DNA from: Styela clava | Lineage: Eukaryota | Direction: 5' to 3' | NCBI RefSeq assembly: GCF_964204865.1 | Contig: NC_135259.1 | Location: 7,192,001 to 7,256,000, forward strand | DNA: 64,000 nucleotides | Shown here: positions 10,967-23,840 of the stretch, piece after piece | How positions within the stretch are numbered: position 1 is the first letter of the stretch | How the letters are laid out: every line of letters starts with the position of its first letter | Notes under the pieces: model-generated | The model's input: the letters and a program-made list of their open reading frames with translations, nothing else | The model's database searches: none | Told to the model about the DNA's origin: nothing | Program-made: the position numbers and the translations under genes

Positions 10967-13900
10967 TCAAGCTCCTATAGGGCGATCCTGAAAATAAGAT
11001 GTCGATTCCCATTTTCTTGCAATTCCGATCATTCTGGCATTCGCCGTTTCTCTAGCCCACGTGCCTCCATATCTAAATGCCTGTCCTGAAAATGATTGTC
11101 AAGTTGGATTTTTTATAAGAATGAGCCCTCGCTCCGAAGTTGAATACACTTAAGCATCTCTCAACCAAATCGAATAGAAGTTTTTGCAAATTTTATTGGA
11201 CCGAATACCCGATTTGTTACTGATAGAATTTAATTAATAAGATGTTCACAATATAAACAAAACTTACCAGGAACATATCCCGAATAGTTTGGCATCAGAC
11301 CGGCTTTTGTGTGATAAATATGTTGTGCCGGTAATCGAAATTTGAATGCACTTTGCCGATATCTATCAAAATCTTCATTGTCATACCAAACACCCTGCGT
11401 CCTGTCCGGGGTAAACCAACGGCACATATCTCTGCACCATGGCGTATTTTGCTTGAAGTTTGTAGTTATTAACTGAAAATACACAGAATTATTTCACTTA
11501 CAGAACACCAAAAAGACTCATGTAAACATTCTAAATGTTCAGCGGAAGTAAAAAGCGAAAAATATCGACAAGACCAAGATGGATGAGCTCGTCTGGGGAG
11601 GGGTAGTAATTGTATCGAAAAAATACTGCATATGAAATATCTGCCTACTAGTTATAATTTTCCCAAATGATTTGGAACTTTTCAGTGGCCTGCGAGGCTT
11701 AATTGAGACAATTTGCAAATAGGATAAACGGTGAAAGCAAGGTTAATTTTTTTCAGCATAAAATCGAATTTTTCATTGCAAAGTAGGTTAAAGTTCACAT
11801 GCGGGAGACTCCGCGAAATATTGTTCTTTGTGTGGTTTTGATAGAAGCCCAGGTCCTTTGTCGTTACAACGACGATGACCACGTTAATGCCTTAATTAAC
11901 TGCACCTATCTCAGCCCCACAGCGTTCAAACCCAAAATAAAATCGACGGTTCATATAAATCAACAGAACGCAAATGTAATGGGACAATTTATATTGAAAC
12001 TGTCTAGTCATGATAATATGACATAAAGTCACCACACTTATCTAGACTAGATTTTGCGCAGTCACATTGTCACTCAGTGGGGTTACCATATTTTTGTGAC
12101 TTCAAATCGGGACGCCTCGGAAGACAACGACCCCTTAGCTGTGATTTTATAACTTCACATTTTCCGATTTTACTACATAGGCCTACATTTAAAGCTCGGC
12201 TGCCTTCATTGACCATATTGTTATCAAAATTTCATGCGCATATCCTCTGTCCAAATATCGGGTTCAGTTCGAAAAATAGGAAGGAATTGACGTTAACAAT
12301 ACCGGTACAAATAATTCTAATTCAGACTAATTAGTATTGGTTTTACATGCGATACGTCTGCCATCAATGGGAATCAGCGGGAAACGAACGCATTCACCTT
12401 CAGTAAGTAGGCTAGCGCTGCGCTACACAGAAACAACAGTAACGAAAACATGTTTGTGTATTATGCTGGAAAAGAGGGACCTTTGGCTGACTTATCGGGA
12501 CGGCGGGACAAAACGCTGAAAAGCGGGACTGTCCCGCCTAAAGCGGGACGTATGGTAAGCCTATCACTCAGAGATGCCAGAAAAGGGCCAAGTTTCAGTG
12601 GGATTATTGATAAAATGAACAATTTATCGATAGCTATTAGTAACAAAGTATGCATCTAATTCATGCATTGCTCTGATGTCTACGACACTGCCGGCACCTG
12701 TGAAACGCATGTGTTACTGCACGTTTGCATGTGTTCTGGGGGAAATTCTTTTGTTCACATGGTAAAGGTATAATACAATTATTTTTATTTCAAAGACAAA
12801 CTAACCCTGTGTTTGTGATCCACTCGTGGAGGATATTTGTACGTTGGTGGAGCAGTATGAGCACGTTGCTGTTGTTTCGATGATGTCACCAATCCGATGT
12901 CCGCTGCTGACTGGACACGTTGACTGATGTTAGGCAGTCTACGACTGAATGACTCTTGTGGCTTGAAATCATGATCGGAACTATGAAAAAGGAAAAGCAT
13001 TGTATTAAAAGAGTCAAGCCGCGCCTTTAAAGTATAAAAAGATAAGTACATTGACTAACCTATTCCATACGCAGAAATAATGTGTTATTAGACTGAAACC
13101 AAAATAATTTAAAAAACGAGCTTAGAGTCGACTTAAGTTACGGATTGCATTTTACTTGACTATAAATATTTCAGCTTGATTCTTTGAAATCTGTGTAGCC
13201 TACTCGGTTTAGACCTGACGGAATTTTATTTGGCGCGTCACAACCATGATTGAAGAAACACTCGATTTGAACTCAACGGTCGAGGTTTGGCCTCAAGCCA
13301 GGGCTTGCGGAGGGTCGAGTTACTGCACTGTGAAGTCACGAGTCAAGTTACTACACTGCTTTGAGTCACAAATCAACCAATTTCATAGGCAACTGTGAAG
13401 TTTATAAGTCGAATTTGCAATGGCTTGAATCGTTATTTTGATATTGAAAACCAGAATGAGATTCATACTTGTGTCAAAGCGAATCGTGTTAACGACGAAG
13501 AAATGTATCGAATGAAGGGGTTACAGTCCATAAAATTTTGCAACTGTAAATATATACTACAACCATTAAAATATCGAGAAACGCAAATACATGGTTACGA
13601 CAAACGTGAGAGCGATGCTCAAATATATGGGCGCGGTGGCCAAACGAAGTAGTACTGGTATGCAATCTGTCACGGTAGACTACCGATACCGTACCGCAGT
13701 CTTCACACTTCGCCTGGCCACCAGATCGCGAACGCTGATCCGCCACAAGGTGCACGATTTTTGACTTTGATGACGTCATCGCTCACTAAAACAACGTATC
13801 CATTAAAGCCCACAGAAAATTTTAAAATAAATAAGGTAATAGCCTTCTAGAGAGAAATACAATATTTGACCACTGAAAATCCCAGAGCAATTGACTCTGT

Positions 13901-14828
13901 AGTTTATGTGAAAAGCGATTTTTTGAACGTTATTACAATAAGAAAAATGTCACTGTCAACAGATTGCGTTGCTTTCCTAAAGTTGGAACAAAACATTGAT
14001 ATTTCAAACATGTTCACTTAGCTTATTGCCACACGACATCAGTTGTTTTAAACGAGGTTTGCAGCATTTGTCCATGTTGTTTCATGTTTAAGAGAAACAC
14101 GTATCTTGTACAATTCACATATCTATGTTTTTATGTCCTTCATATAACTCGACAAGCATTGTTGAACAACAATAGATGATTGGTTATTCGATATTCCATT
14201 GTTGGTTAATTGAACATATCAAAACATGTGGTAATAAACAATAGAAACGCGATATAACAGGCGTAACAATAACATAACGTAAATCTTTCGATTTTCTGGT
14301 AAATTTGAACGCTTCACACATAAACGGATGTAAACCTGAGGTGACCGTACATTTGAACCCACATACATTTGAACCCATACATTTGCACCAGTATATCCGC
14401 GGGTTCAATCTATATGAGGGTTCTAAAGTCCATGAGTTAGGGTTAGTACGGGTTCAAATATCCGTAAAAAAAATTGCATAGGTGCAATAGTATGCAGGTG
14501 CAATTGTCGTGGGTTCAAATTACGAATTCAAATGTAATGAAATCTAAATCTGAGCACGACAGATGAAAAGTATGGCATAAACGTCTGTTTGTCTTTATTG
14601 CGTACGTTGATGGAGCGCTGGTGGCAAATGGGCATAATACTACTTTTTATCAAGTATGACACTGCATAATAAATATATTTTTACACGCCACTAAAATTTT
14701 GAACAGTGTGTACATCCGCCTCGTTATATACATCAACTGTAAATTAGTCTAGATTAATTGAAAGTCCATGAAACCATTGTACCAACTCACCATGTTTGTC
14801 GAGGATTAACGTGAGAGGCTTCAAGCAT
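10967..14828 (-). CDS. FAM166/CIMIP2-like protein with PxYxGYVPG motif (putative ciliary microtubule inner protein), 178 aa, 4 coding exons
   Basis: complement(join(10967..11085,11268..11472,12806..12980,14791..14828)). All introns are GT-AG with compatible phases, and there is an in-frame TAA just before the ATG. The C-terminal GLMPNYSGYVPGQAFRYGGTWARET resembles the FAM166 repeat (recalled as GLMPGYQGHVPTVAFSFGAPYGTTT in FAM166C). Confidence 0.72.
12078..12563. mobile_element. hAT (Tip100-like) MITE in an intron of the FAM166-like gene
   Basis: TIR TGGGGTTACCATA / TATGGTAAGCCTA, CGGGAC subterminal repeats, perfect 8-bp TSD TCACTCAG. Confidence 0.85.
14340..14544 (-). mobile_element. MITE family A copy
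   Basis: Reverse complement of 6981..7199; TSD TAAACCTGA / TAAATCTGA (8 of 9 match). Confidence 0.82.
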
Positions 14829-17800
14829 TTAAAATTGCCTATCGAGTGTTCAGGAGTATTTACAGAACACAAGAACCGTTTAAATATCTAATTTAGTCAA
14901 AGTGTGCCTACGCTTTTCAGCAATGTTTATAGAAACATTAGACCATTTTGCGATACAATATATGCAATCGATCAAGTCTGGCACTGAAACGAATCGTATT
15001 TTATTTTAATATGGCGGGGCTATTGTGATGAAAACAGAATAATTACGAACGAACCGTTACACCCGGCTATACCACAGTATGACTAACTTTACGTACCTGT
15101 TTAAAATTATTAACTTATAGGATTCACTATGACGAAAAACAAAATATCACATTCAATTCCGACATATTTCGGAATTAACCATTTTTGTGGGGTGTTATCT
15201 ATCCAACCAATTCAACGGTATTCAACGAAATTTCATGAATCAACGTGGGCCAATCGAATTTGTTACATCATAGATGGGGCGGTAAGCAGAGAATAACTGA
15301 AGTAATCAACTGAAAACAAGGTCCATTTAACTATTTCTAGAATAGCCTTTTTAATTTACATGATAGAAACAGTTGTTACTTACTTTGAGCCCCTTTTTTT
15401 GTAAACAGGACTGACCGTTACGTAAATACTCTGAGACGAATATGGATGTCCGGGAGTAGCATAATTCGGCATGTCTTTATTTAATTAGTATGTAGATCAC
15501 CAAACAAATTTTATGCTACAATGCAAATGCAATGTTATGCTACAATGTCAAGTATACATAACACTATGATTATATGAATACTCTACTCTATGGAATACAC
15601 ATTTAATGAAAACAATTATCAGTTGACAGCAGAAGGATAACCGTAGATTTGCTCAGTTATTTTTGATAGAAACGAGTCGTTTATGAAACCATCAATTTTA
15701 TCTAAGAAGGGTCTCAATTCACTCAAAAATTTGAAAAATCCAAAAATAAACACTTTTTTGTGATATTTCATGAACTTTACCATATATCATGCGTTATTAA
15801 CCAATTTCAATTTTGTTATATTCGACGCTGCACCTGCCAGTCTTACGCTTAAATGCATCTTATCATACGAGAATGTATACGTTAAATCTCACGGACTTAG
15901 TTAAAAAACAGTTTATTTTACATACATATATAATGTGAAAATCTGGTATCCCATTCTAGCTAGCTATACATAAACTCGAAGTCTCGAAACAAACATTCTG
16001 GTTTGAATGAAACCTATAAACCGGTCCTCGACACCGACATTAATTGAAGTAAAAGCGGAGACAGATGTACCTAGGCTATCAATTTTCAAGGTGAGCCCTC
16101 TGATGAAAGTACGACAGAGCAAGTGAAATGAATACATTGTTATTACAAACAACGGCACACGATTGAAACAAGTGAATATCTATCGGTAATTTAAGCCATA
16201 GGACATGTGTAATGTATATGAAAACATCGAACATTTCATATACTCAAAACACACAGTTCGTATTTTAGGTTACCTGTGGGCGGAACTTCGAAAATAGTAG
16301 TAGGTGAAATTTCTGGCGTTTTAAAAGCCTCTGGGTAGACTTTCTATCTAAAGCCCGCGCATGGCCGGTATTAAATGATCGTTTCTCTTATAAATCATGT
16401 AGCTTTTCATTCAGGTTGAAAATCTAATAAGATCCGTTAGAAACATCTTCGTTATATTGCCCAGACACTATCGCAAATATGCTTAAACCAAATACTTGAA
16501 GATGTCGGCAAATTACAGAAAAATCATCTAACGCCTTATATATGAGTGATCTCTGTATTCAATGTGATATTTTGGACAGCAAACGTGATCCTGTCTTTGT
16601 TTTCAAAATTAACCTAATAATTAGATATAGTCTGTTTGTACTATTCTGACACAATAATGTTCTTTATTTATTTAGATTTTTCTTGTATTTAAAAAGGATG
16701 TCACATTTCCTCATATATATTACAATTGTGACCAACATTTGCTGCCACTTTTCCATTAAAATCTATTAGATGGCTATTTACCTACATTCGTGATATGTAT
16801 TTTCAAAATGATTGGAATACTTCAGCCCCATGCTTTACCTGAACGTCTTCGCTGCAATACGATAATATTGTAATGTCAAGTCAGGCCACAATGCTTTCAG
16901 CTGTTTAAAATATTCTCTGCTACAAGCTATCAACTCTCAAGCCAGACTTGTGTATTGTTAATCCCAGATTCGTCCGAATACCAGTCGACAATATTTCCGA
17001 GTGGAATAATTATGCTGAGGTGTTTTGAAATGGACGGTGATGATGTGTAGCCTTTGTTACCCGGTCTGATGACAAATTGGTGCTTCTTGTGTAGAACGAT
17101 GCTTTTGTTATTTCGGTGTTTTATATTTATATTGAATGACAATGGCTCGATCTCATTTATCATGCCAAGTTCGATTTGACCGCTAAAATAACGATATTCT
17201 TGTTCTTACAAGCATTCCCGTATTGCAAAGTGGCACCTTCCAAATTCTCTACAGTCTGTCTAATTGTCTATAATATTCACGTTTTACTTGCGTTCGTTAA
17301 ATTCAGATGTACCCAAGCTTTTCAGGCTGTACGAAATAAAAATGCCTTCAAAATTCCGCGCTCGTTACTTCATAGATGCTGGTTGAATTAGGCAAAGCTT
17401 TGTGGTTTCAAAAACATCACATATATGCACATTACATTAAGCTGCCCGACAGTGAGTATACAGCCATCCTATTAATTCCACAAACTCGCCTACTTTAACT
17501 CATTAACGAAAATCAGCATCAAGTGTAACATTCCATTATTACGACGTTTCGCGGTTTTCTGAATATTTCTTTGTCGTGTGGAAGGCGATTGCAGCAATTT
17601 TAGGATAAAGAGCTAGACTATTATAAATCAACCTGGTACAAAAGATCCCTAATAAAAACCATCAGGAAAAGACAACTACAATTTTTTGGGCACATAAACA
17701 GAGCAGATGGGATAGAAAAGAAAATATTGTGTGAAAAGATTTGCGGTACCAAAAGTAGAGGAAGACAACGCACAAAATACACCGACGGTCTGAATAATTA

Positions 17801-18319
17801 CGCAACGAAGAAAGAATCCTCCAAAATGGAAAGCCATGATCGCCGATGCCTATAACAGACCTGGTACATGAGGAAGAAGACGTAAACACTACTATTTATC
17901 TGCTCAGCCGAGTTCAGCGAACATGAGTGATTTTTTTAGTTTTTAAAGGAAAATCAGGCAGGGTTGGGGAAGGAGAGTTAACCTTTTGTTTTTATTTTTG
18001 GCATACATGTTAACGATCACAAAATTGAGTTTCAATTATAAAAGCAGCAATTTTTTTCGTGAACTTGCGCCGTGATTTTTTTCTGATAATTTTGGGGCTG
18101 CGCAAACAAAATTTTGATAACCGCTGATGTAATTGACGTACAAATATATTACTCTTACTTCATCCTAAACTAGCCTTCAGTGATCTTAACTAGTCATAAG
18201 ACAAGTATGAGACTCGGGATTATTCTGTAGTTGATAAATATATTGAAGATTTACATATGACGGCTAAACAAGAGAACATGGCAACGGTAACACCCTTAAT
18301 TCATAGTTATAATCGAGTC

Positions 18320-18646
18320 CGCACGTGCCAATTCCACAATGTATACATTACAAATAGGCATTTCATGCTGCTTTGATGCTTCTTTGGATCAGGATGCATT
18401 TTCAGATAATCCATGTCGTGAAACAATTGTATAATATAATAATTACTACGACATGGGATATCGAATTATCCGTTTTGTACACGTACAATTATTATAAATG
18501 TACTTGGCTAATCACTTATATCAGCATAACGTAATATCTTTATGATACGGAAGAAATTCCCCCCATGTTGGTATTTTTTTTTAAATGAACAATTGATTAC
18601 ATTCTAAATGATTTCATATTTGAATACAGTTTCAGTCTAAGTACAA
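18320..18646 (+). repeat. Segment X, direct repeat of 24250..24561 (left flank of the duplicated bHLH unit)
   Basis: Shared text such as tttcatgctgctttgat(g/a)cttctttggatcaggat ... ttcagtctaagtaca in the same orientation. Confidence 0.85.
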
Positions 18647-19248
18647 TTTGTCTATATATTTCTTTATTTATTACATTTCAAAAAATTCAAGAGCATATCT
18701 CCACACTGACACAAGTAATTTCATATCGTTTCCCTTGACTGAGCAAGTGTAATATATTTTAAAATTCTTTTCCAGCACACCCAATCTTACGCATGCACTT
18801 GATTGCTCACTTTAGATAAATTTCTACTTGAATTCTCCACCGATCAAAGTATTTAGGAGTGATTTCATCTCAATTGTTTCTGAATTGTCCCTCTATTTGT
18901 AAATACATGATGGATTACGATATTCACCATGCATTCTATACCCATTTTCACTTGGTTTTCAAACGAATCACCATAGCCCAAAATCTTCTATCCTGTAATG
19001 ACATGGAGTTAGGTCGACTTTTCTAATCACAAAACTGAAATTCACAATGTATAAATGTATTCAAGTAGAATAGGAAAAGCAGTTATGATAATACAAAAAT
19101 GGATAAAAACAAAATGCGAAGTAAAATAACAATTGTGACAGATTTTAATTAAGATTCGAGTTGTCAACATAAAAATAAATAAATCAGTTTGTTCAAAACA
19201 ATATGGAACTCCAAGAAAATAGCAAACAATCATATTCCAGATATTCAT

Positions 19249-21162
19249 TCATCTGACCCATTCAGTCCACATCAACCGTGTTGTTAAATCTGTAAAAATT
19301 GTTATACATTATTAAATAAAATTAAATTACCATTTTTTCAGACTAAATTTTTATTGGCATTTAAAAATAACACTAAGTTGAATCCTCGTAATTAATAATT
19401 TCACCAAGGTCATGATTGTACTTACCACTGATATTCCATTTTCTTGATTTATACTCTGCATTTCCGTTGATACATTCCTTCACAAACTGATTTGGATGTT
19501 TTTCTGATTCTAACATATCTCGTAGAAATGCTATGTATGCAATAGCAAGATGTAATGTGTCTATCTGAAAAGAAGTTTGATTATATTGAAAAACTTTTAA
19601 AAGATATTAGATAATTTGTAAAACATTACGACTGCACTTATTTTTTCAAATATTCTTTCTGAAAATAATTTTTTATAAACTTAGGAGGCTAAAAGGGAAA
19701 CCTTTTATGATGAGAGTAAAACATTCACTAAAATTTGTGATCATCTTGTCAACTTTTTCTGTGAACAAATGTATTCAGAAAGTAAAGTCTAGTAAGTTTG
19801 TTACACAAACTTTTTTCCTAATACTGTTATTTCAAACGTTTGTTAATAATATTGATTACCTTTGAAAGTCTTTTTTCATATGGGAATGTTGGAACACGAG
19901 ACCTCAATTCTTCAAATCCTTCGTTGATATTGAACATTCTTTTTCGTTCCCGATTGTTTGCCGATTTTCGTTCTCCATTTAAACTAAGCAATGTTAAATT
20001 TGATTAATTTTAAATGCTCACTTCTAACTAAATTTATCTATATGGTAAACTCCATAATATATTCTCTCGGAAACATTATGATCCAATTTATAAAGCATTT
20101 TTTAACCTCACACGACATTACTCGAAATATATAGTAATAATATTTATCGTGTTATATGAGGAAACCTTACGTCACGGGAGAAGTTCTCTTTTCCTTTCTT
20201 CGCATTTGTCTTGAACTAATCCTTTGTTCCTTAAGTTTGAAATTGTCAACTTGTTGTTCTTTTACGTGGTGTTGATGGAGTTGATTATTTTTAGTCATTT
20301 CAAAGGGAGTGGCAACGTATGGATATACAGGTAATACAGGAAAGGCTTGAATTCTTTCAGTTGTAACAGGAACAACATCGGCGTGGGAATAATACATCTG
20401 TCCGCACATTTCTCTAACTTGTTCATTTAATGTTTTATCAAGAGTTTGAAGATACGATTCATCTGATATTGATGACAAGAACTCTTCACCAAGTTGGCAA
20501 ATGATTTCCCCATTTGCATCTGCTTCTATAAATGTAAATTTTAATTTTAGACAATGAATATTTCGAAAAAATATGATAAAGAAACAACGAGTCCCAATTA
20601 TTTCATCCTGGAAACCTACCTTGAGAAGTTTCTATTATTTTGTCGTCTATCTTATCGTCAACTAAATAATTGCCATTTGTCGGCAACTCCAGCTGTAAAG
20701 AAATAACAGAAACATGTAGAAACAAGGTTTGTTTCTTGTTCTATTTTCTCATAAATTCAATCTAATTCTTTTTCAAAAAAATCTGTAAGTTAACAAGTTA
20801 CATGCCTGGAATAAATCAGTACTGCTACCGAGCAACTGTTCATTAAATGATTGCAGAACAGTGAATTGTGAAGACTGTGAATCTTGAATGTAATCATTCT
20901 CCACAAGTATTGCTTTTGGTCCACATCCATCGACAAAGACATCATCATTGTATATGAAAGATATTGCTTCAGATTCTTGCTCTTGAGTAACTGATATTAC
21001 TTCTGTGGAGTCAGATAAATATTCGGTTTTGTCATTCGATTGAGAAAGCAACACGGGAATCTGTTGATCATCTCCTTCAATGAAAATATTCTCAGGTGAA
21101 TGTGAAGTTTGCAAACATGCAAATTCAAGTATTTTTGAATCTGGAATATTTTCTGAATTCAT
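19249..21162 (-). CDS. Fer2/HLH-13-like (PTF1A family) bHLH transcription factor, copy A, 362 aa, 6 exons
   Basis: complement(join(19249..19289,19426..19564,19860..19983,20171..20525,20620..20692,20806..21162)). bHLH is [56 protein letters not shown], followed by the Fer2-type tail [15 protein letters not shown]. Intron 1 has a GC donor. Confidence 0.88.
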
Positions 21163-21189
21163 TATTAAATGTAATCCACAATCGAATGA

Positions 21190-21410
21190 ATAGATAACTG
21201 ATGTCTTATTTCCAGTACAACCCCCTTATATATTGCAAACACACGACAATCCCAGATGACATTAAATATCATCTGTTTCATGCATGTCGGGATAGTCGGG
21301 GAAATCTGTATTTGTTCCATGGATTAGTGTGTATCTGACAGTTTAGCACGTGTAATTGTTGTTGTGTAGTCAGTGTCCACGCGTAAGCACGGCGTGACAC
21401 CAAAATTGAT
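21190..21410 (-). promoter_or_regulatory. Proximal promoter of bHLH copy A (TATA, TAATCC, TGACAG, CACGTG)
   Basis: TATATAAG about 70 bp upstream of the ATG; GGATTA 21321..21326, TGACAG 21336..21341, CACGTG 21347..21352; nearly identical in copy B. Confidence 0.6.
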
Positions 21411-22424
21411 ACCTCGATTCATTTATAATACTATGCATACATTCGAATCATTATAAATGTTGAATATTATAATCTTGCATTAGTAAATTTTACAATCAGA
21501 TATATAATCTCAACAATGTACGCGACTACAATCTTCTTAGTAAAAAGGAGTTCCAAAACTTTCCATGTCTCAATGTAAAGATATGAATGGTATTAATCAT
21601 CACAATGTGAAGAAATTTTAGCGCTTCAATTAAAGTTAATTTTATTACTTAAAATTTGTTCCAGCACAAACATGGGTTAAATGACCCCGTAACGACATAT
21701 TTGATAAACAGAATTAAAATAAAAACATCCTGATTTAACAGAAAATAATACAAGTCAAAAACGACATTAATTTTGCCCACAGGTAAATATTCAGATCCGG
21801 AAAGGCAGATAGAATCGATTTTTAACAGGACAATATCTATATTTTGCGTATCATAATTTGTCCAGGTATAATTTGACACCAATACTTCTTTGTTTGATTT
21901 CCTGCTTTAAGTTGTTTGTTTGAAAATGTGATTTTTGTTATAATTGTTCATATTTTACATAAGAATTTGACAAATCATAACGTGGCATCATAAGAAAGGC
22001 ATGTAACAAAGCAGCGAAGTTATTGGCGTGGTATATTCGGTTTGCACTTATTTTATAATACTTATTTTTCTATACAGCAGCTGGCATAGTTCTACTCGGA
22101 ATAATGTTATTTATCCTAATCTTATTTTACATACTGGATATAAGAATATATATTAACAAGGAACACGATTGTTAGAAATATTTTTTTGCTTCAACTGAGT
22201 ATTTGTAAAGGTATTGCAAAAATATGAAGTGGATGAAAGGCCATTACTTTCTCACTATTTTTTCATCATCTTCAGGTTAACAAGATGTTTTTGTATAATG
22301 TTTGTTTCATGTAAAAAATGAAGAACAACGACAACTAAATAGGGAAACACAATAAGCAAATATTTATTTTACGTTCCCTGGAAGTCACAATAAATTAAGC
22401 ATCTCATTATAGGGGAACAAATAG

Positions 22425-22700
22425 AGCAGTTTTTGAATTTTGGAATAATATCTGAATCCAGGACTATACGTGGTCTACAATTAAATGTGAATGATTACAC
22501 CTATCCGTTGATATGCTACAAAACATACAGACGAAGATATCAAATATCATAAAATAAGATCCGTACCATGCATGCAGGGATAGTTGGGGAAATTTGTTCT
22601 GTGGATTAGTACATACATGACAGTTTAGCACGTGCGATGATGGTTGTGTCGGTAACATTGATAATCTGTACTCTAGCTGCATGACACCAGGATTGATAGT
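22425..22700 (-). pseudogene. Relic of an older promoter plus exon-1 start of the bHLH gene (distal module A)
   Basis: Aligns to 21128..21410. The coding start has decayed, but GGATTA 22603, TGACAG 22618 and CACGTG 22629 are retained. Confidence 0.7.
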
Positions 22701-23577
22701 TTTGATAGCTTCAATAATTTGTTATAATCATCTAATACTTAACTTTTGTTGGAATGATTTTTCAAATTAAATCATTGTTTGATGAAATATTCCAGAAACA
22801 AGTACCAAATATAAAACTAAGTAAGTTTCAATTTTTGCGTTTCAGGTAAAACTTCATTGGGTTTAGTGTATTTTTCCTCCTCAATATATTCGACAGACAA
22901 GGTGATAAGTTTTCACTTCAAAATTTACTTATAGTTGACTGTAACTCGTAACCCATTGTAGCTCTGTTTGTGCATTGCAGGAATTAACAGAACTGGAAAT
23001 AGTAACGGTTTAGTCATACTGACTATAAAAACATTTCTTTATTTATAAAAACGAAAATCAAATAAAGAAATATTGATGTTACGTTTCCTGACTTTTACAA
23101 CACATTATATTTGTTTACTTAGTACATATGTTTTATCGATTTTATTCTTCATTTCCGCATACTGTACTTTATTTAAATCAAATTTTGATTTTTTCGTTAT
23201 TTTTGCTTTAATATTCAAATTACGGTTATAACAACGATGTTATGGCTGATATATACCACATTTTGACATCTTAAAAGATAATGAGGTCAAAGGTGACCTA
23301 AAAACACTATACTCGTGTTATTCTTGAGAAAACATACCTTCTGTGCAAAGTGTCCCAGATTACTGAAACTTTTGGTTACAATCAATCATACGCAAACAAA
23401 AATTTGCGTCTAATGAAGTTTTTTTTTCATTTTTGTCAAAATATAAAAATATATGGGTTTTGTTTTTGGGAGATCAACCTGAAAAGGTATAACTTTATTG
23501 AATGAATTTTCTTTCGAGTACTGAAGCACTCTTACACAATCAATCGGTTCACAATGTGTCGTACTTTATTCACAATT

Positions 23578-23840
23578 TCTACCTGACATTGCTGGCCAAA
23601 TGCTTATTTGTAAATCTACAAATTACGCAGGGGATTTTAGATAGATATAGCAGCGGTTTAGCTTTCCATCGCCGGATTAAAGATATATATATATATTTGT
23701 TCACCACCCTTTTTGTCGCTGTTTAATCATAAAACACTAATTCGGGGTAAAGGATTTTGCACTTGCCATATTTTGATACCAGGCACTCACTCTATACCAC
23801 TTACACTCAAAGATCTCAAGCTAATTTGATTCATATTAAT
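23578..23840 (+). repeat. Segment Y, direct repeat of 28921..29219 (right flank of the duplicated bHLH unit)
   Basis: Shared aatctacaaattacgcag ... cgccggattaaa ... caagctaatttgattca in the same orientation. Confidence 0.85.

Larger units (their letters stand above)
18939..23214 (-). repeat. Arm 1 of a ~4.2 kb inverted segmental duplication (partner 24562..28790)
   Basis: Continuous reverse-complement similarity across 3' UTR, exons, introns and about 2 kb upstream. Confidence 0.9.

Noticed and set aside
16900-17400. Coding-looking stretch including ORF 16930..17163 (-)
   Set aside because: Flanking frames contain stops, no splice-compatible partner exons were found, and no family was recognised. 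It may be a relic but cannot be supported.
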